In this document: piece by piece, positions 9,963 through 21,181 of the stretch
Layout: every line of letters starts with the position of its first letter
Numbering within the stretch: position 1 is the first letter of the stretch
NCBI GenBank assembly: GCA_963743915.1
Contig: CAVURN010000001.1
Coordinates: forward strand, 64,001 to 128,000
Direction of reading: 5' to 3'
Origin: an uncultured Actinomycetota bacterium
Lineage (GTDB): Bacteria > Actinomycetota > Actinomycetes > JAHEKZ01
DNA length: 64,000 nt
The notes under the pieces: model-generated
What the model was told of the DNA's origin: nothing
The model's database searches: none
What the model saw: the letters and a program-made list of their open reading frames with translations, nothing else
Program-made: the position numbers and the translations under genes

Positions 9963-11300
9963 GTGTCCGCGTGGCCACTCGTCGTGTTGTTCGGCGTCGT
10001 GGCCGGGTCGGCGCTCACCGCGTGCTCGGGCGACGAGGCCCCCGTCATCGAGACCGGAGAGGTCGGAAGGGAGACCGTCGTCGAGCGGGTCGAGGCTCCG
10101 GCGTCGGTCGTGGCCAACGCCTCCGCGGTCGTCACCTCTCCGGCAGACGGTTCCGTGGCTCGGGTCGTGGTGCGCGACGGAGCGACCGTCCGCAAGGGCG
10201 AGGTGTTGTTCGTGGTCGACTCTCCCGAGACACAGCAGCGGCTGGCTCAGGCCGAGGCTGCAGCCGCAGGGGCACCCGCGCCGGTCGACCTGCCGACGGC
10301 CCAAGCCGACAGCTCAGCGACGCAGGCCGCGTCCGACGCCTTCGATCAGGCACGGGACGCCGCCCGGCAGATCCAGGACAAGGATCTCCGACAGCAGGCG
10401 TTGCAGCAGATCGCCCAGGCCGAGGCACAGCTGACAGCGGCGCAGGCGCAGGCGCAGGCCACGGTCGACCAGATCAACTCCAGCATCGCGGCACTGGAGC
10501 GGACGCTCGCCTCGTTCACCGAGGTACAGCAGGCGCAGGTTGCTGCGTCCGTCACGTCCGCCCGTCGCGCGGTCGAGGCCCTGACAGTGCGGGCCCCGAT
10601 CGCCGGACGTGTGGTCTTCGGAGCATCGGCCGGGACGGGCGGCGGCGGTGACCTGTCGGGTCTGGTCGACCAGCTCCCCTCCTCGTTGGCGGGGCAGGCC
10701 GAGTCCCTGCTCGGCGGCGGTGACGCCGGGGACGGATCCGGCAGCAGCACGGGCATCGTCAGTGCGGGCAGCCCGGTGTCCCAGGGTGACCCGGTGCTCA
10801 CCATCACCGACACCTCCGAGCTCACCCTGCGAGCAGAGGTCGACGAGACCGACGTGCTCCTGGTGCGCAGGGGGGTCAAGGCGGACGTCGAGCTGGACGC
10901 GGTACCGGGCGGTACCTACCGCGGCGTGGTGCGCAACGTCGACCTGGCGCCCACCACGTCCGCCCGCGGCGGGGTCAGCTACGTGGTGCGGCTGGCCCTG
11001 GGCGGAGGAACGCTCGTCGACGGGTCGCCCGCGCCCCGTCCGCGTCCGGGGATGTCGGCGGTGGCGTCGCTGCGGGTGTTGACGGCGGAGAACACCGTGG
11101 CGGTCCCGGTCGCCTCGGTCTTCCGGGACGGCGAGCAGGACGCGGTCTGGGTGGTGTCCGACGGGGTCGCTGACGAGCGCATCGTCGTGCTCGGCGCCCA
11201 GGGCGAGGAGTACCTGCAGGTGGTGGACGGACTGTCGGTCGGCGAGACCGTGGTCACCCGCGGCGCCGACCAGGTGGTTGCCGGCGAAGAGCTGCCGTGA
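9963..11300 (+). CDS. Membrane-fusion (MacA-like) adaptor lipoprotein
   Basis: LTAC lipobox, lipoyl half-motifs (SPADGSV, RAPIAGRV), Gln/Ala coiled coil, VDETD, PGMS. Confidence 0.85.
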   Translation: MSAWPLVVLFGVVAGSALTACSGDEAPVIETGEVGRETVVERVEAPASVVANASAVVTSPADGSVARVVVRDGATVRKGEVLFVVDSPETQQRLAQAEAAAAGAPAPVDLPTAQADSSATQAASDAFDQARDAARQIQDKDLRQQALQQIAQAEAQLTAAQAQAQATVDQINSSIAALERTLASFTEVQQAQVAASVTSARRAVEALTVRAPIAGRVVFGASAGTGGGGDLSGLVDQLPSSLAGQAESLLGGGDAGDGSGSSTGIVSAGSPVSQGDPVLTITDTSELTLRAEVDETDVLLVRRGVKADVELDAVPGGTYRGVVRNVDLAPTTSARGGVSYVVRLALGGGTLVDGSPAPRPRPGMSAVASLRVLTAENTVAVPVASVFRDGEQDAVWVVSDGVADERIVVLGAQGEEYLQVVDGLSVGETVVTRGADQVVAGEELP

Positions 11301-11998
11301 CGACGCCGGCGCTCGAGGCGGTCGACGTCACGCGCACGTACCAGCTCGGCGGCACCGAGGTGCACGCGCTGCGCGGGGTGTCGCTTCGGATCGCGCCGGG
11401 GGAGTACGCAGCGATCGTCGGACCGTCCGGGTCGGGCAAGTCGACGCTCATGCACCTGCTCGGCCTGCTGGACCGCCCCTCGAGCGGCGTCATCACCGTC
11501 GGGGGGAGTGACGCAACAGCCCTCTCGGACACCGAGCTGGCGGTGCTGCGCAACCAGACGATCGGCTTCGTGTTCCAGTCGTTCCAGCTGCTCTCACGCA
11601 CCTCGGCGCTCGACAACGTGGCCCTGCCGCTGCTCTACCGCGGAGTTCCGAAGGGAGAACGCCGACGCCGAGCGGCCGATGCGCTCGAGGCGGTGGGCCT
11701 CGGTGCGCGAACCGGTCACCGGCCCACCGAGCTCTCCGGTGGCGAGCAGCAGCGCGTCGCCATCGCCCGCGCCCTGGTGGGCGAGCCGGAGCTGCTGCTC
11801 GCCGACGAACCCACGGGCAACCTCGACACCCGCACCGGTGGTGAGGTGATGGAGACCCTGGAGCGTCTCAACCAGGAGCGGGAGGTGGCGGTCGTCCTCG
11901 TCACCCACGACCGCGAGATCGCCGAGCGCTCGCACCGGCAGATCTACATGCGCGACGGCCTGATCGAACGGGACGTGGCGCGTCCGGTGGCGACGTGA
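11297..11998 (+). CDS. MacB/LolD-type ABC ATP-binding protein
   Basis: [42 protein letters not shown]. Confidence 0.93.
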   Translation: MTTPALEAVDVTRTYQLGGTEVHALRGVSLRIAPGEYAAIVGPSGSGKSTLMHLLGLLDRPSSGVITVGGSDATALSDTELAVLRNQTIGFVFQSFQLLSRTSALDNVALPLLYRGVPKGERRRRAADALEAVGLGARTGHRPTELSGGEQQRVAIARALVGEPELLLADEPTGNLDTRTGGEVMETLERLNQEREVAVVLVTHDREIAERSHRQIYMRDGLIERDVARPVAT

Positions 11999-13179
11999 GG
12001 CTCGCTGAGGCCCTCCGCGTCGCCCTCGACGCACTGCGCGCGAACCGGCTGCGCAGCCTGCTGACGATGCTCGGCGTCATCATCGGCGTCGCCGCCGTGG
12101 TGATCCTGGTGGCCATCGGCAGCGGCGCCAAGCAGGAGGTCGAGTCGCAGGTCGAGGGCCTGGGGTCGAACATCATCTTCGTCTTCCCGGGCAGCGTGGA
12201 GTTCGGCTCGGCGCCGTCGATCAGCCGGCTGCAGCTCGAGGACGTCGAGTACGTCGGACGGGTGGTGGGCAACCCGGAGGCCGTCGCGACGACGGTGTCC
12301 AGCGGTGAGGTCGTGTCGGTGGGCTCGAACGAGATCTTCAGCACGATCGCCGGGACGAACGAGAACGTGCCCAACGTGTTCGCCAGACCGGTGGAGCGTG
12401 GCGAGTACCTGACGGCGACCGATGTCGACACCCGCCGCAGGGTGGCGGTGCTGGGTAGCGGTGCGGCGGACGACCTGTTCGGGGACGTCGAACCGCTCGG
12501 GCGTCAGATCAGCATCGCCGGTGTGCGCTTCCGGGTGATCGGTGTGTTCGCCGAGGTCGGCAGCGCCTTCGGGGTCAGCCGTGACGGCGAGATCCACATC
12601 CCGGTGACGACCGCCCAGCAGCTCTTCGGCGTCGACCGGATCGACGCACTGGCGGTCAAGGCCCCGACCATCGACGACGTGGAACCACTGCGTGCGGAGG
12701 TGCTGGACGCATTGCGGGAGAAGTATCCCGACGAGGAGTTCTCGGCCGTCACGCAGAGCCAGATCCTGGGGACGCTCGGCGAGATCCTCGGGCTGCTCAC
12801 CCTGGTGCTGGCCGCGATCGCCGCCATCTCGCTGCTCGTCGGCGGCGTGGGGGTCAGCAACATCATGCTGGTGTCGGTACGGGAGCGGACCCGCGAGATC
12901 GGGCTCCGCAAGGCGCTCGGAGCCCGACGGCGCGACATCACCCTGCAGTTCCTCATCGAGGCGGTCCTGCTCACCACCGTGGGTGGGGTGATCGGGATGG
13001 GGCTCGGCATCGGCGTCTCGCTGCTCGCCGACGCGGTGTCACCGCTCCCGGCGGTGATCGCCTGGTGGTCACCGGTGCTGGCGTTCAGCGTGTCGGTGGC
13101 CGTCGGCGTCTTCTTCGGCGTCTTCCCCGCGCGACGGGCGGGCCGGCTCGAGCCCGTGGTCGCGCTCCGGACCGAGTGA
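11995..13179 (+). CDS. MacB/FtsX-type ABC permease
   Basis: RSLLTMLGVIIGVAAV, NIMLVSVRERTREIGLRKALGA, P.RRAG.LEPV.ALR.E. Confidence 0.93.
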   Translation: MRLAEALRVALDALRANRLRSLLTMLGVIIGVAAVVILVAIGSGAKQEVESQVEGLGSNIIFVFPGSVEFGSAPSISRLQLEDVEYVGRVVGNPEAVATTVSSGEVVSVGSNEIFSTIAGTNENVPNVFARPVERGEYLTATDVDTRRRVAVLGSGAADDLFGDVEPLGRQISIAGVRFRVIGVFAEVGSAFGVSRDGEIHIPVTTAQQLFGVDRIDALAVKAPTIDDVEPLRAEVLDALREKYPDEEFSAVTQSQILGTLGEILGLLTLVLAAIAAISLLVGGVGVSNIMLVSVRERTREIGLRKALGARRRDITLQFLIEAVLLTTVGGVIGMGLGIGVSLLADAVSPLPAVIAWWSPVLAFSVSVAVGVFFGVFPARRAGRLEPVVALRTE

Positions 13180-14394
13180 TGGGGGCCGGTAGCGTGCCCG
13201 TTGTGAACGCGCCCGCCCGTGTGTACTGGCACGACGCCATGACGCGCTACGACTTCGGCCCCACCCATCCGATGAATCCGGTGCGCCTCGACCTCACGAT
13301 GCGCCTGGCCGACGCTCTCGGCGTCCTCGAGCACGTCGACGTCACGACGCCCTCAGCCCGCGTCCGAGGGCGAGCTGGGACTGGTCCACACCCCCGACTT
13401 CGTGCACGCGGTCCGCGCCTGCAGCTCGCCGGGGTCGGCGGACGCCCTCGCGGACGGGCAGCGTCACGGACTGGGCACGCCCGACGTGCCGACCTTCTCG
13501 GAGATGCACGACGTCACGGCGCTGATCGTCGGCGCGACGCTGGCGGCGGCGCGTGACGTGTGGGCGGGAGTGACCCCGCACGGCTTCAGCCCCGCTGGCG
13601 GGCTGCACCACGCGATGCCCGACGCGGCCGCCGGGTTCTGCGTCTACAACGACGTCGCCGTCGCCATCGCGGACCTGCTCGACCGCGGCGTCGAGCGCAT
13701 CGCCTACGTCGACATCGACGTGCACCACGGGGACGGCGTCGAGCGTGCGTTCTGGGACGACTCCCGGGTCCTGACCATCTCGGTGCACGAGGGGCCACGC
13801 ACCCTGTACCCGGGCACCGGTGTGGCCACGGACATCGGCGGCCCGACGGCCGAGGGCTGTGCCGTCAACGTCGCCCTGCCGCCGCACACCGAGGACGACG
13901 CGTGGCTGCGCGCCATCCACTCCGTGGTGCCACACCTGCTCGACGCGTTCTCGCCGCAGGTGCTGGTCACGCAGCACGGCTGCGACACGCACTTCCTCGA
14001 CCCGCTGGCCCACCTGGCGCTGAGCATCGACGGCCAGCGGATGGCGGCCGAGGCCCTGCACGGCTGGGCCCATGAGTTCGCCGACGGGCGCTGGATCGCC
14101 ACCGGCGGCGGCGGCTACGCGATCGTCGACGTCGTCCCGCGCACCTGGTCGCTGCTCATGGCGGAGATGGGCGGTGTGCCGATCCCGCCGGACACCCCCG
14201 TGCCCGAGGCGTGGCGGACGTACGTGGGCGAGCGCCTCGGCCGGACCGCCCCGCTGCACATGACCGACGGCGCCCTGCCGACGATGACCGACTGGACCAA
14301 CGGCTACGACCCCGCTGACCCGCTCGACCAGGCGATCCTCGGGACGCGGCGGGCCGTCTTCCCGCACCACGGGCTCGATCCCCTCCGCGACTGA
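13179..14394 (+). CDS. acuC: Acetoin utilization protein AcuC (HDAC-family deacetylase); one frameshift near 13355
   Basis: YDFGPTHPMNPVRL in the first frame; GGLHHA, GFCVYND, DIDVHHGDG and GGGGY in the second frame. Confidence 0.88.
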
Positions 14395-14570
14395 CACCGT
14401 GCCCAGGACCGGGCCAAGGGGCCGATCGGGTGACCCCCTGACGGGTGAAGCCCTGTCACGGCAGTTCCCAGCCGTCACATCCGTCACTACGCTGGCCGAA
14501 CGCGTGGGGGGACTCCACGGCTGCCGGAGGGGAAGCCGGTGCCCGCCCGTGCCGTAGGGATCGGTGAACC

Positions 14571-14783
14571 ATGCAGGAGAACGAACCGGAGCAGCCGCCG
14601 CTGACGGCGTCGGCCTTCCTCACCGTGGCCGAGGTGGCCACCCTGATGCGCGTCTCGAAGATGACGGTGTACCGCCTGGTGCACTCCGGCGAGCTGCCGG
14701 CGGTGCGGGTCGGCCGGTCGTTCCGGGTTCCCGAAGAGGCGGTGCGCCGGTACCTGCGTGACTCCTTCGTCGAGGCCGGCTGA
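14571..14783 (+). CDS. Small excisionase-like HTH DNA-binding protein (BdtA/Rv0500A-like)
   Basis: FLTVAEVATLMRVSKMTVYRLVHSGELPAVRVGRSFRV; conserved position before bS22. Confidence 0.9.
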   Translation: MQENEPEQPPLTASAFLTVAEVATLMRVSKMTVYRLVHSGELPAVRVGRSFRVPEEAVRRYLRDSFVEAG

Positions 14784-14886
14784 GCCGCTGGCCGGATTCG
14801 GCCCACCCCCAGGGCTGCCGGTAGGCTGGGCCGCCGGTGGCAGGCTCCGCCGCTGCCCGAACACTCCTGGAGAAAAAGAGCTAACT

Positions 14887-14985
14887 GTGGGTTCTGTCGT
14901 CAAGAAGCGCCGCAAGCGGATGGCCAAGAAGAAGCACCGCAAGCTGCTGCGCAAGACGCGCGTCCAGCGTCGTAACAAGAAGTAG
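14887..14985 (+). CDS. 30S ribosomal protein bS22 (AURKAIP1/COX24 domain)
   Basis: MGSVVKKRRKRMAKKKHRKLLRKTRVQRRNKK from GTG 14887. Confidence 0.93.
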   Translation: MGSVVKKRRKRMAKKKHRKLLRKTRVQRRNKK

Positions 14986-15007
14986 CCGCCCCGCATCGGA
15001 GGTCGTC

Positions 15008-16033
15008 ATGCCGCGCGTGGTGCTGGTCACCGGCGTCTCGCGGTACCTCGGCGGCCGGCTGGCGCGACTCCTGGGACAGCACCCTGAGGTCGAGCGGGTC
15101 GTCGGTGTCGACGTGATTCCGCCGCCCGACGACATCGGTGCCGCCGAGTTCGTCCGGGCGGACATTCGCAACCCGGTCATCGCCAAGGTGATCCGCGCGG
15201 CACAGGTCGACACCGTCGTGCACATGAACGTGATCGCCACCCCCGTCGGTGCAGGTGGCCGGTCGGCCATGAAAGAGATCAACGTCATCGGCACGATGCA
15301 GCTGCTCGCGGCGTGCCAGCGTGCCGCGTCGGTGAAGCGGCTGGTGGTGAAGTCCTCGTCCACCGTGTACGGGGTGTCGCCGAAGGACCCGGCCCTCTTC
15401 ACCGAGGACATGGAGGCGGTGCGGCTGCCTCGCGCGGGGTTCGCGAAGGACTCGGTGGAGGTCGAGGCCTACGTCCGGGGGTTCGCGCGGCGACGACCGG
15501 ACGTCGACGTGACCCTGCTCCGGTTCGCCAACATCATGGGGCCGGGCATCGACACCCCGCTCACGCGGTACTTCTCCTTGCCGGTCGTGCCCACCGTGCT
15601 CGGTTTCGACGCACGGGTGCAGCTGACCCACGAGGACGACGCCTTGGCGGCCCTCGAGCGCGGCACCTTCGCCGATCTCCCGGGCACCTACAACGTGGCC
15701 GGCGACGGCGTGATCATGCTCTCGCAGGCGATCGCACGAGCCGGACGCGTCAACCTGCCGCTGCCGCGGCCGTTCGCCTCGGTCACCCGTGACATGCTGC
15801 GGCGCTTCGGCTACATCGACTTCACGTCCGAGCAGATCGAGTTCCTGAAGTACGGGCGCGTCATCGACTCCTCGCGGGCGCGGGAGCGGCTCGGCTTCTC
15901 GCCCACGTACAACACCCGCCAGACGTTCGACGCGTTCCTCCGGGCGCACCCGCTGGGACGCGTGCTCCCCTGGGACGTCAGCACCGAGCCCGACGAGGCC
16001 ACGGTCACGACGATCGGGGGGCAGGCGCGATGA
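15008..16033 (+). CDS. NAD-dependent epimerase/dehydratase (Rv0501-like)
   Basis: VLVTGVSRYLG, NVIGT, SSSTVYG; GGAGG RBS; synteny. Confidence 0.88.
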   Translation: MPRVVLVTGVSRYLGGRLARLLGQHPEVERVVGVDVIPPPDDIGAAEFVRADIRNPVIAKVIRAAQVDTVVHMNVIATPVGAGGRSAMKEINVIGTMQLLAACQRAASVKRLVVKSSSTVYGVSPKDPALFTEDMEAVRLPRAGFAKDSVEVEAYVRGFARRRPDVDVTLLRFANIMGPGIDTPLTRYFSLPVVPTVLGFDARVQLTHEDDALAALERGTFADLPGTYNVAGDGVIMLSQAIARAGRVNLPLPRPFASVTRDMLRRFGYIDFTSEQIEFLKYGRVIDSSRARERLGFSPTYNTRQTFDAFLRAHPLGRVLPWDVSTEPDEATVTTIGGQAR

Positions 16034-16939
16034 GCGACGCCCAGGTGATTCCGCTCAACCCCGAGGGCGAAGGGCCGCAGGAGCCACGGTCTGCCGTCGT
16101 TCCCCGGAGAGCGCCAGCTCGCTGGTGCCCTGCGGTTCCTGCGCACGCGCGTGGAGGGCAGGTACGAGGTCGACGAGTTCGGCTTCGACCGCCAGCTGAC
16201 CCACGACGTCCTGGTGCCGAGCCTCCGGCCGCTGTACGAGAAGTGGTTCCGGGTGGAGGTCCACGGCATCGAGAACGTCCCCGCCACCGGCGGTGCCCTC
16301 ATCGTGGCCAACCACTCCGGGACGGTCGCCCTCGACTCGCTCATGACCCAGGTGGCGCTGTACGACCACCATCCTCAGCACCGCGAGCTGCGCATGCTCG
16401 GCGCCGACCTCGTCTTCGCGCTGCCGGTGATCGGCATGTTGGCGCGCCGCGCCGGACACACGCTCGCCTGCAACGAGGACGCCGAACGCCTCCTGTCGTC
16501 CGGCGAGCTGGTCGGCGTCTGGCCCGAGGGCTTCAAGGGGATCGGCAAGCCGTACTCCGAGCGCTACCGCCTGCAACGGTTCGGTCGCGGTGGCTTCGTG
16601 TCGGCTGCGCTGCGCGCGCGCGTGCCGATCGTGCCCGTCTCGATCGTCGGCGCCGAGGAGATCTACCCGATCCTCGCCGACGCCAAGCTGCTCGCGCGTG
16701 TGCTCGGACTGCCCTACTTCCCGATCACGCCGACCTTCCCGTGGCTGGGACCGCTCGGGGCGATCCCGCTGCCGAGCAAGTGGCACATCGAGTTCGGCGA
16801 GCCGATCGCCACCGACGTGTTCACCGAGGGTGCGGCCGACGACCCGATGCTGATGTTCAACCTGACCGACCAGGTCCGCGAGACGATCCAGCACACGCTC
16901 TACAAGCTGCTGATGCAGCGCAAGAGCGTCTTCTTCTGA
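16030..16939 (+). CDS. Lysophospholipid acyltransferase family (Rv0502-like); one frameshift near 16075
   Basis: MSDAQVIPL start, then YEVDEFGFD, VANHSG and WPEGFKG in the shifted frame. Confidence 0.85.
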
Positions 16940-16952
16940 CCGACGGTCCGGC

Positions 16953-17831
16953 TCAGGTCCGGTGGTGCCGGCGGCTGGACAGGACGCCGGCCGCCACGCC
17001 CGCGGCCGCACCGACGACCAACGCTGAGGGCACGCCGATCTTCGCGGCCTTGCGTCCCGTCCGGTAGTCGTGCACGTGCCACCCCATGGCTTTGGCGTGC
17101 CGGCGCAGCTTGGCATCGGGGTTGATCGCGGTGGGCTGCCCGACCAACGACAGCATCGGGATGTCGTTGGACGAGTCGGAGTAGGCCGCGCACTGGCGAA
17201 GGTCGAGCCCTTCCCGCTCGGCGAGCGCCCGGACCGCCTCCGCCTTCGCCGGCCCGTGCAGTGGAGCGCCGGCGAGGCGTCCGGTGTAGACCCCACCCTC
17301 GATCTCGGACACGGTGCCCAGAGCGCCGGTCAGCTCGAGCTTCGCGGCGATGAGCGACGCCAGCTCAACCGGCGCGGCGGAGACGAGCCACACGCGCTGA
17401 CCCTGTCGCAGGTGCTCGCGGGCCAGGGCGATGGTCTGGTCGTAGAGCTTCTCCTGGATCCGCTCGTCGAAGATCTCGTCCCCCAGGGAGACGACCTCGT
17501 CGACGGTGTGCCCAGCCACGAAGGAGAGGGCGGCGTCGATGGCCGAGGCCATGTCCTCGGTGTCCTCCTTGCCGGCGACGCGGTACTTGGCCTGCTTCCA
17601 GGCGAAGGCCGAGACGTCACTCAGGGTGAAGAACTTGCGCTTGGCGAGTCCACGCGCGAGGTGGAACAACGAGGCACCGCGGACGACCGTGTTGTCGATG
17701 TCGAAGAACGCGGCCGCGTGCCGGTCGAGATGGATCTCCTGGGTGGTCTCGGCGCGCTCCGCAGCTGCCTCACCCGCCACCACTGCCGGCGGTCGCCCGT
17801 CACGCCACGGCAGTCGTCTCTCCGAGCTCAC
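16953..17831 (-). CDS. HAD-IB family hydrolase (SerB-like)
   Basis: AAFFDIDNT, K in HGPAKA, AYSDSSND. Confidence 0.9.
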   Translation of the reverse strand: MSSERRLPWRDGRPPAVVAGEAAAERAETTQEIHLDRHAAAFFDIDNTVVRGASLFHLARGLAKRKFFTLSDVSAFAWKQAKYRVAGKEDTEDMASAIDAALSFVAGHTVDEVVSLGDEIFDERIQEKLYDQTIALAREHLRQGQRVWLVSAAPVELASLIAAKLELTGALGTVSEIEGGVYTGRLAGAPLHGPAKAEAVRALAEREGLDLRQCAAYSDSSNDIPMLSLVGQPTAINPDAKLRRHAKAMGWHVHDYRTGRKAAKIGVPSALVVGAAAGVAAGVLSSRRHHRT

Positions 17832-17893
17832 CGCACCACCCTAGGCCTGCCGGGTGGGCTCTCTGCCGACCTCGCAGTCCGGCCCATGCCGCT

Positions 17894-19427
17894 GTGCCAG
17901 ACTCCGACGGTGTGAGCACCGCACGGCCCGCGCATCTGGGCGAGTACCTCTCCCGGGCCGCTCGACGGCGCCCGGACCACCCTGCGCTGGTGGTCGGGGC
18001 CCTGAGACTGACCTGGGCCGACGTCGACCAGGCTGCTGACGCCTGCGCCGCGGGCTTGCGAGCGAGGGGCATCCGCCACGGGGACCGCGTCGGACTGTTC
18101 CTCGGGAACCGACCAGAGCTGGTGACGGCGTACTTCGGCATCCTGCGCGCCGGCGCGGTGGTCGTGCCGCTCAACGCGGGCCTCACCGCGCCGGAGATCC
18201 GCCAGCTCGTCGAGATCGCCGGCGTCAGCCTGCTGGTGGTCGACCGCGGAACCGCCGACGTCGCGGCCGCGGCCACGCCAGACGTCCCGTGCGTGGTCGT
18301 CGGGGCAGGGCAGGGCGCTGCCGGCTACGAGGCGCTGCTCTCGGCCGGTGAGGGGGAGTCGGTGCCGGAAGCACCAGGGGATGAGGCGCTGGCGCTGCTG
18401 ATCTTCACCTCGGGCACCTCGGGCGTCCCCAAGGGAGCGATGCTGAGCCATCGTGCCCTGGTGGCGAGCGTCGAGCAGGTGGCGTACACCGCGGTGCCCG
18501 TCGTCACACCCGGACGACGTCGTGCTGATGAACCTGCCGTTGTCGCACGTCTACTCGCTCGCCGGCACGCTCGGTGCCTTGGTGCGGGTGGCGGCGACTG
18601 CTGTGCTCGTCGAAGGCGTCGACCTTGCACGGACCCTGCGGATGGTTCCCGAGTGCGGGATCACGAACGTGCCGGGCGTCCCCGGCATGTGGGCGGCGTG
18701 GGCGGCCGACCCAGCGGCAGCCGACGCCCTCGCGGGCGTGCGGATCGGGTTCAGCGGGTCAGCTCCGCTGCCGGTGGAGGTGCAGGAGGCCGTGCACCAG
18801 GTGACGGGCTGGTACCTCCACGAGGGGTACGGGCTCACCGAGGCGTGTCCGGGGGTCAGCTCGACGGTCGTCTCGGGCGTGGCCAGACCCGGATCGGTCG
18901 GACGTCCACTGCCCGGCGTCGATGTCCGCCTGGTCGACGAGGAGGGCGAGGACGTCGACCCTTCCGACGGGGATCCCGGCGAGATCTTGATCCGCGGCCG
19001 GAACCTCTTCAGCGGCTACTGGCCGGACGGCTCCGGCGGGCCGGACGCCGAGGGGTGGTTCGCAACGGGGGACGTCGCCTACCTCGACGACGACGGCAAC
19101 TTGCACATCGTCGACCGGCGCAATGACGTCGTCATCGTGAGCGGATTCAACGTCTATCCGCATGAGGTCGAGGCGGTCCTCATGCAGCACCCCGACGTGG
19201 CCGAGGCTGCCGCCGTCGGTGTTCCGGACGACCACACCGGCGAAGCGGTCAAGGCCTACGTCGTGCTCCGGGATGAGAAGACGTCAGTGACCGATCTGCA
19301 GGAGCACTGCACCGGCCGGCTCGCGCGGTTCAAGCGACCACGAGAGATCGTGGTGGTCGACGCACTTCCGCACACCGTCATGGGCAAGGTCGTCAGAGGT
19401 CAGCTCGATCACGGTGTCGAGGGATGA
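17894..19427 (+). CDS. Acyl-CoA synthetase / AMP-binding enzyme; one frameshift near 18510
   Basis: FTSGTSGVPKG in the first frame; EGYGLTE, TGD, DRRND..IVSGFNVYP.EVE and GK in the second frame. Confidence 0.87.
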
Positions 19428-19666
19428 CCACCCCCCGCATCACCCTGCTGAGCAAGCCGGGCTGCCACCTCTGCGACGACGCCCGTGCCGTCGTCGAGCG
19501 CGTGGCGTCCGACCTGGGTGTGGACTGGGAGGAGGTCGACATCACCAGCGATCCGGATCTGCAGGCCAAGTGGTGGGAGCAGATCCCCGTGACGCTGGTC
19601 GACGGCGTCCAGCACGACTACTGGCGGGTCGACGAGCAGCGGCTCCGTTCGGCGCTCGCTCGCTGA
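19424..19666 (+). CDS. Glutaredoxin-like protein (DUF836 type)
   Basis: KPGCHLCD CxxC motif, EQIPV. Confidence 0.88.
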   Translation: MTTPRITLLSKPGCHLCDDARAVVERVASDLGVDWEEVDITSDPDLQAKWWEQIPVTLVDGVQHDYWRVDEQRLRSALAR

Positions 19667-19708
19667 GGCGGGTACGGGGCTCGCAAAGGCACCTGGGACA
19701 GTGGCGGG

Positions 19709-20344
19709 GTGATCGAGATCCCTGACACCCCGGCGGGGCGACGCCGGCACTGGGACGCCAAGTACGCGTCGACCGCTGCCACCGAGGTGAGCTGGTTCCA
19801 GGCCTCTCCGGTGCAGTCCCGCAGGCTGCTGGCCGACTGCGGCGTCGGCCCGCAGCACAGCGTCGTCGATGTCGGGGGTGGTGTCAGCTCGCTGGCTGCG
19901 CAGCTGGTCGAGGACGGCTGGACCGATGTCACAGTGCTGGACGTGTCATCCGAAGCACTGGCAGCGGCGCAGGCTCGGTGCCCCGAGCCGCAGCGGATCC
20001 ACTGGCTCGACGCGGACCTGCTGCAGTGGACGCCGGACCGCGCGTACGACGTCTGGCACGACCGGGCGGTGTTCCACTTCCTGGTCGACGACGCCGACGT
20101 GGTCACCTACCGCCGAACGCTTAGGGAAGCGCTCGCCCCCGGAGGGGTCGCGATCGTGGCCACCTTCGCCGCCGACGGCCCCACCCACTGCTCCGGGCTG
20201 CCCGTCCACCGGTACGACGCCGACGAGCTGGTCGAGGCTCTGGGTCCGGGGCTCACGGTGGTCGAGACGGCCCGCGAGGAGCACCACACACCTTCGGGGT
20301 CGGTCCAGCCCTTCACCTGGGTCGCCCTCCGGCTCGACGGGTGA
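19709..20344 (+). CDS. Class I SAM-dependent methyltransferase
   Basis: VDVGGG motif I, VSWFQ, WHDRAVFHFL, GPTHCSGL. Confidence 0.88.
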   Translation: MIEIPDTPAGRRRHWDAKYASTAATEVSWFQASPVQSRRLLADCGVGPQHSVVDVGGGVSSLAAQLVEDGWTDVTVLDVSSEALAAAQARCPEPQRIHWLDADLLQWTPDRAYDVWHDRAVFHFLVDDADVVTYRRTLREALAPGGVAIVATFAADGPTHCSGLPVHRYDADELVEALGPGLTVVETAREEHHTPSGSVQPFTWVALRLDG

Positions 20345-20413
20345 GGCTCAAGACTGGAAACTTCTGCCGTCGTCGTCGGCCTTTGTTTCCACTCTCGGCG
20401 TGAATGCTGGGCA

Positions 20414-21001
20414 TCAGGGGTCAAGGCGTCTGTCGAGACGCTGGGACAGCTGTGCGAGAGCCCGCTCGGCGGACACCGCGACGGCTGTTTCGGGGTCGAC
20501 GAGAGCCGTCCGCACGGCGGCGACGTGTTCGCCCTCGCCAACCACCCCCAGCGCTGCCACGGCTGCGGAGCGGACACGTGCGATCGGGTCCGCACACAGC
20601 GTGGCCAGGGCGTCCGCCAGCTGACCGATCTCGTGACGGCGAGCGACCTTGGCCGCCATCTCGCGCACCCGCCATGCGGGATCGTCCAGGGCCACACCCA
20701 CGGCGTCCGTCGCCGTCGGAGACCACGAGTGCAGCACGGCCCGAGCGGCCCAGACCCGGGTCCAGTGGACATGCACCGGGTCGGTCAGCTGGTGCCTGGT
20801 CATCAGCTCGGCCGCGTGATGACCGCCGAGCCACAGGATCGAGGGCAGGTCGGGGTCGTCGGGGGCACAGCCAGCGGTCATCAGGTCGGACGCCCAGCGC
20901 GCCACTGCCTCGGCGCCGATCCGGTCGGTGAGGAGTCGCACCCGCGCCGCGGGGGCGAGCGCGATCTCGGCCTCCGTTGGAACTCGATCCGGAGGTGCCA
21001 T
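20414..21001 (-). CDS. HEAT repeat-containing protein
   Basis: LDDPAWRVREMA, DPIARVRSAAVAALG and DPETAVAVSA repeats; start taken at ATG 21001. Confidence 0.8.
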   Translation of the reverse strand: MAPPDRVPTEAEIALAPAARVRLLTDRIGAEAVARWASDLMTAGCAPDDPDLPSILWLGGHHAAELMTRHQLTDPVHVHWTRVWAARAVLHSWSPTATDAVGVALDDPAWRVREMAAKVARRHEIGQLADALATLCADPIARVRSAAVAALGVVGEGEHVAAVRTALVDPETAVAVSAERALAQLSQRLDRRLDP

Positions 21002-21050
21002 GCGGCCATCCTGGACTGTCTCAGATGGTGAGACCAGGTTCCGCGCGACT

Positions 21051-21068
21051 TTGTGCGCTCCTTCACAA
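21051..21068. promoter_or_regulatory. Rex operator (ROP)
   Basis: TTGTGCGCTCCTTCACAA matches TTGTG-N8-CACAA, upstream of rex-hemACD. Confidence 0.85.
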
Positions 21069-21181
21069 GCGCCTAACCTGAGGCGAGCCCGTTCCCCAGC
21101 ACTGGCCCGGCTCGCGCCCAGCGCGACCCCCGGCCCCAGGACCGGGGCCGGGCATGTTCCGTAGCCAGCAGAGGACCCGCC

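Noticed and set aside
14571-14783. Excisionase-like gene as evidence of a prophage or ICE
   Set aside because: It is the conserved housekeeping BdtA/Rv0500A-type gene in its usual position, with no integrase or att site nearby.
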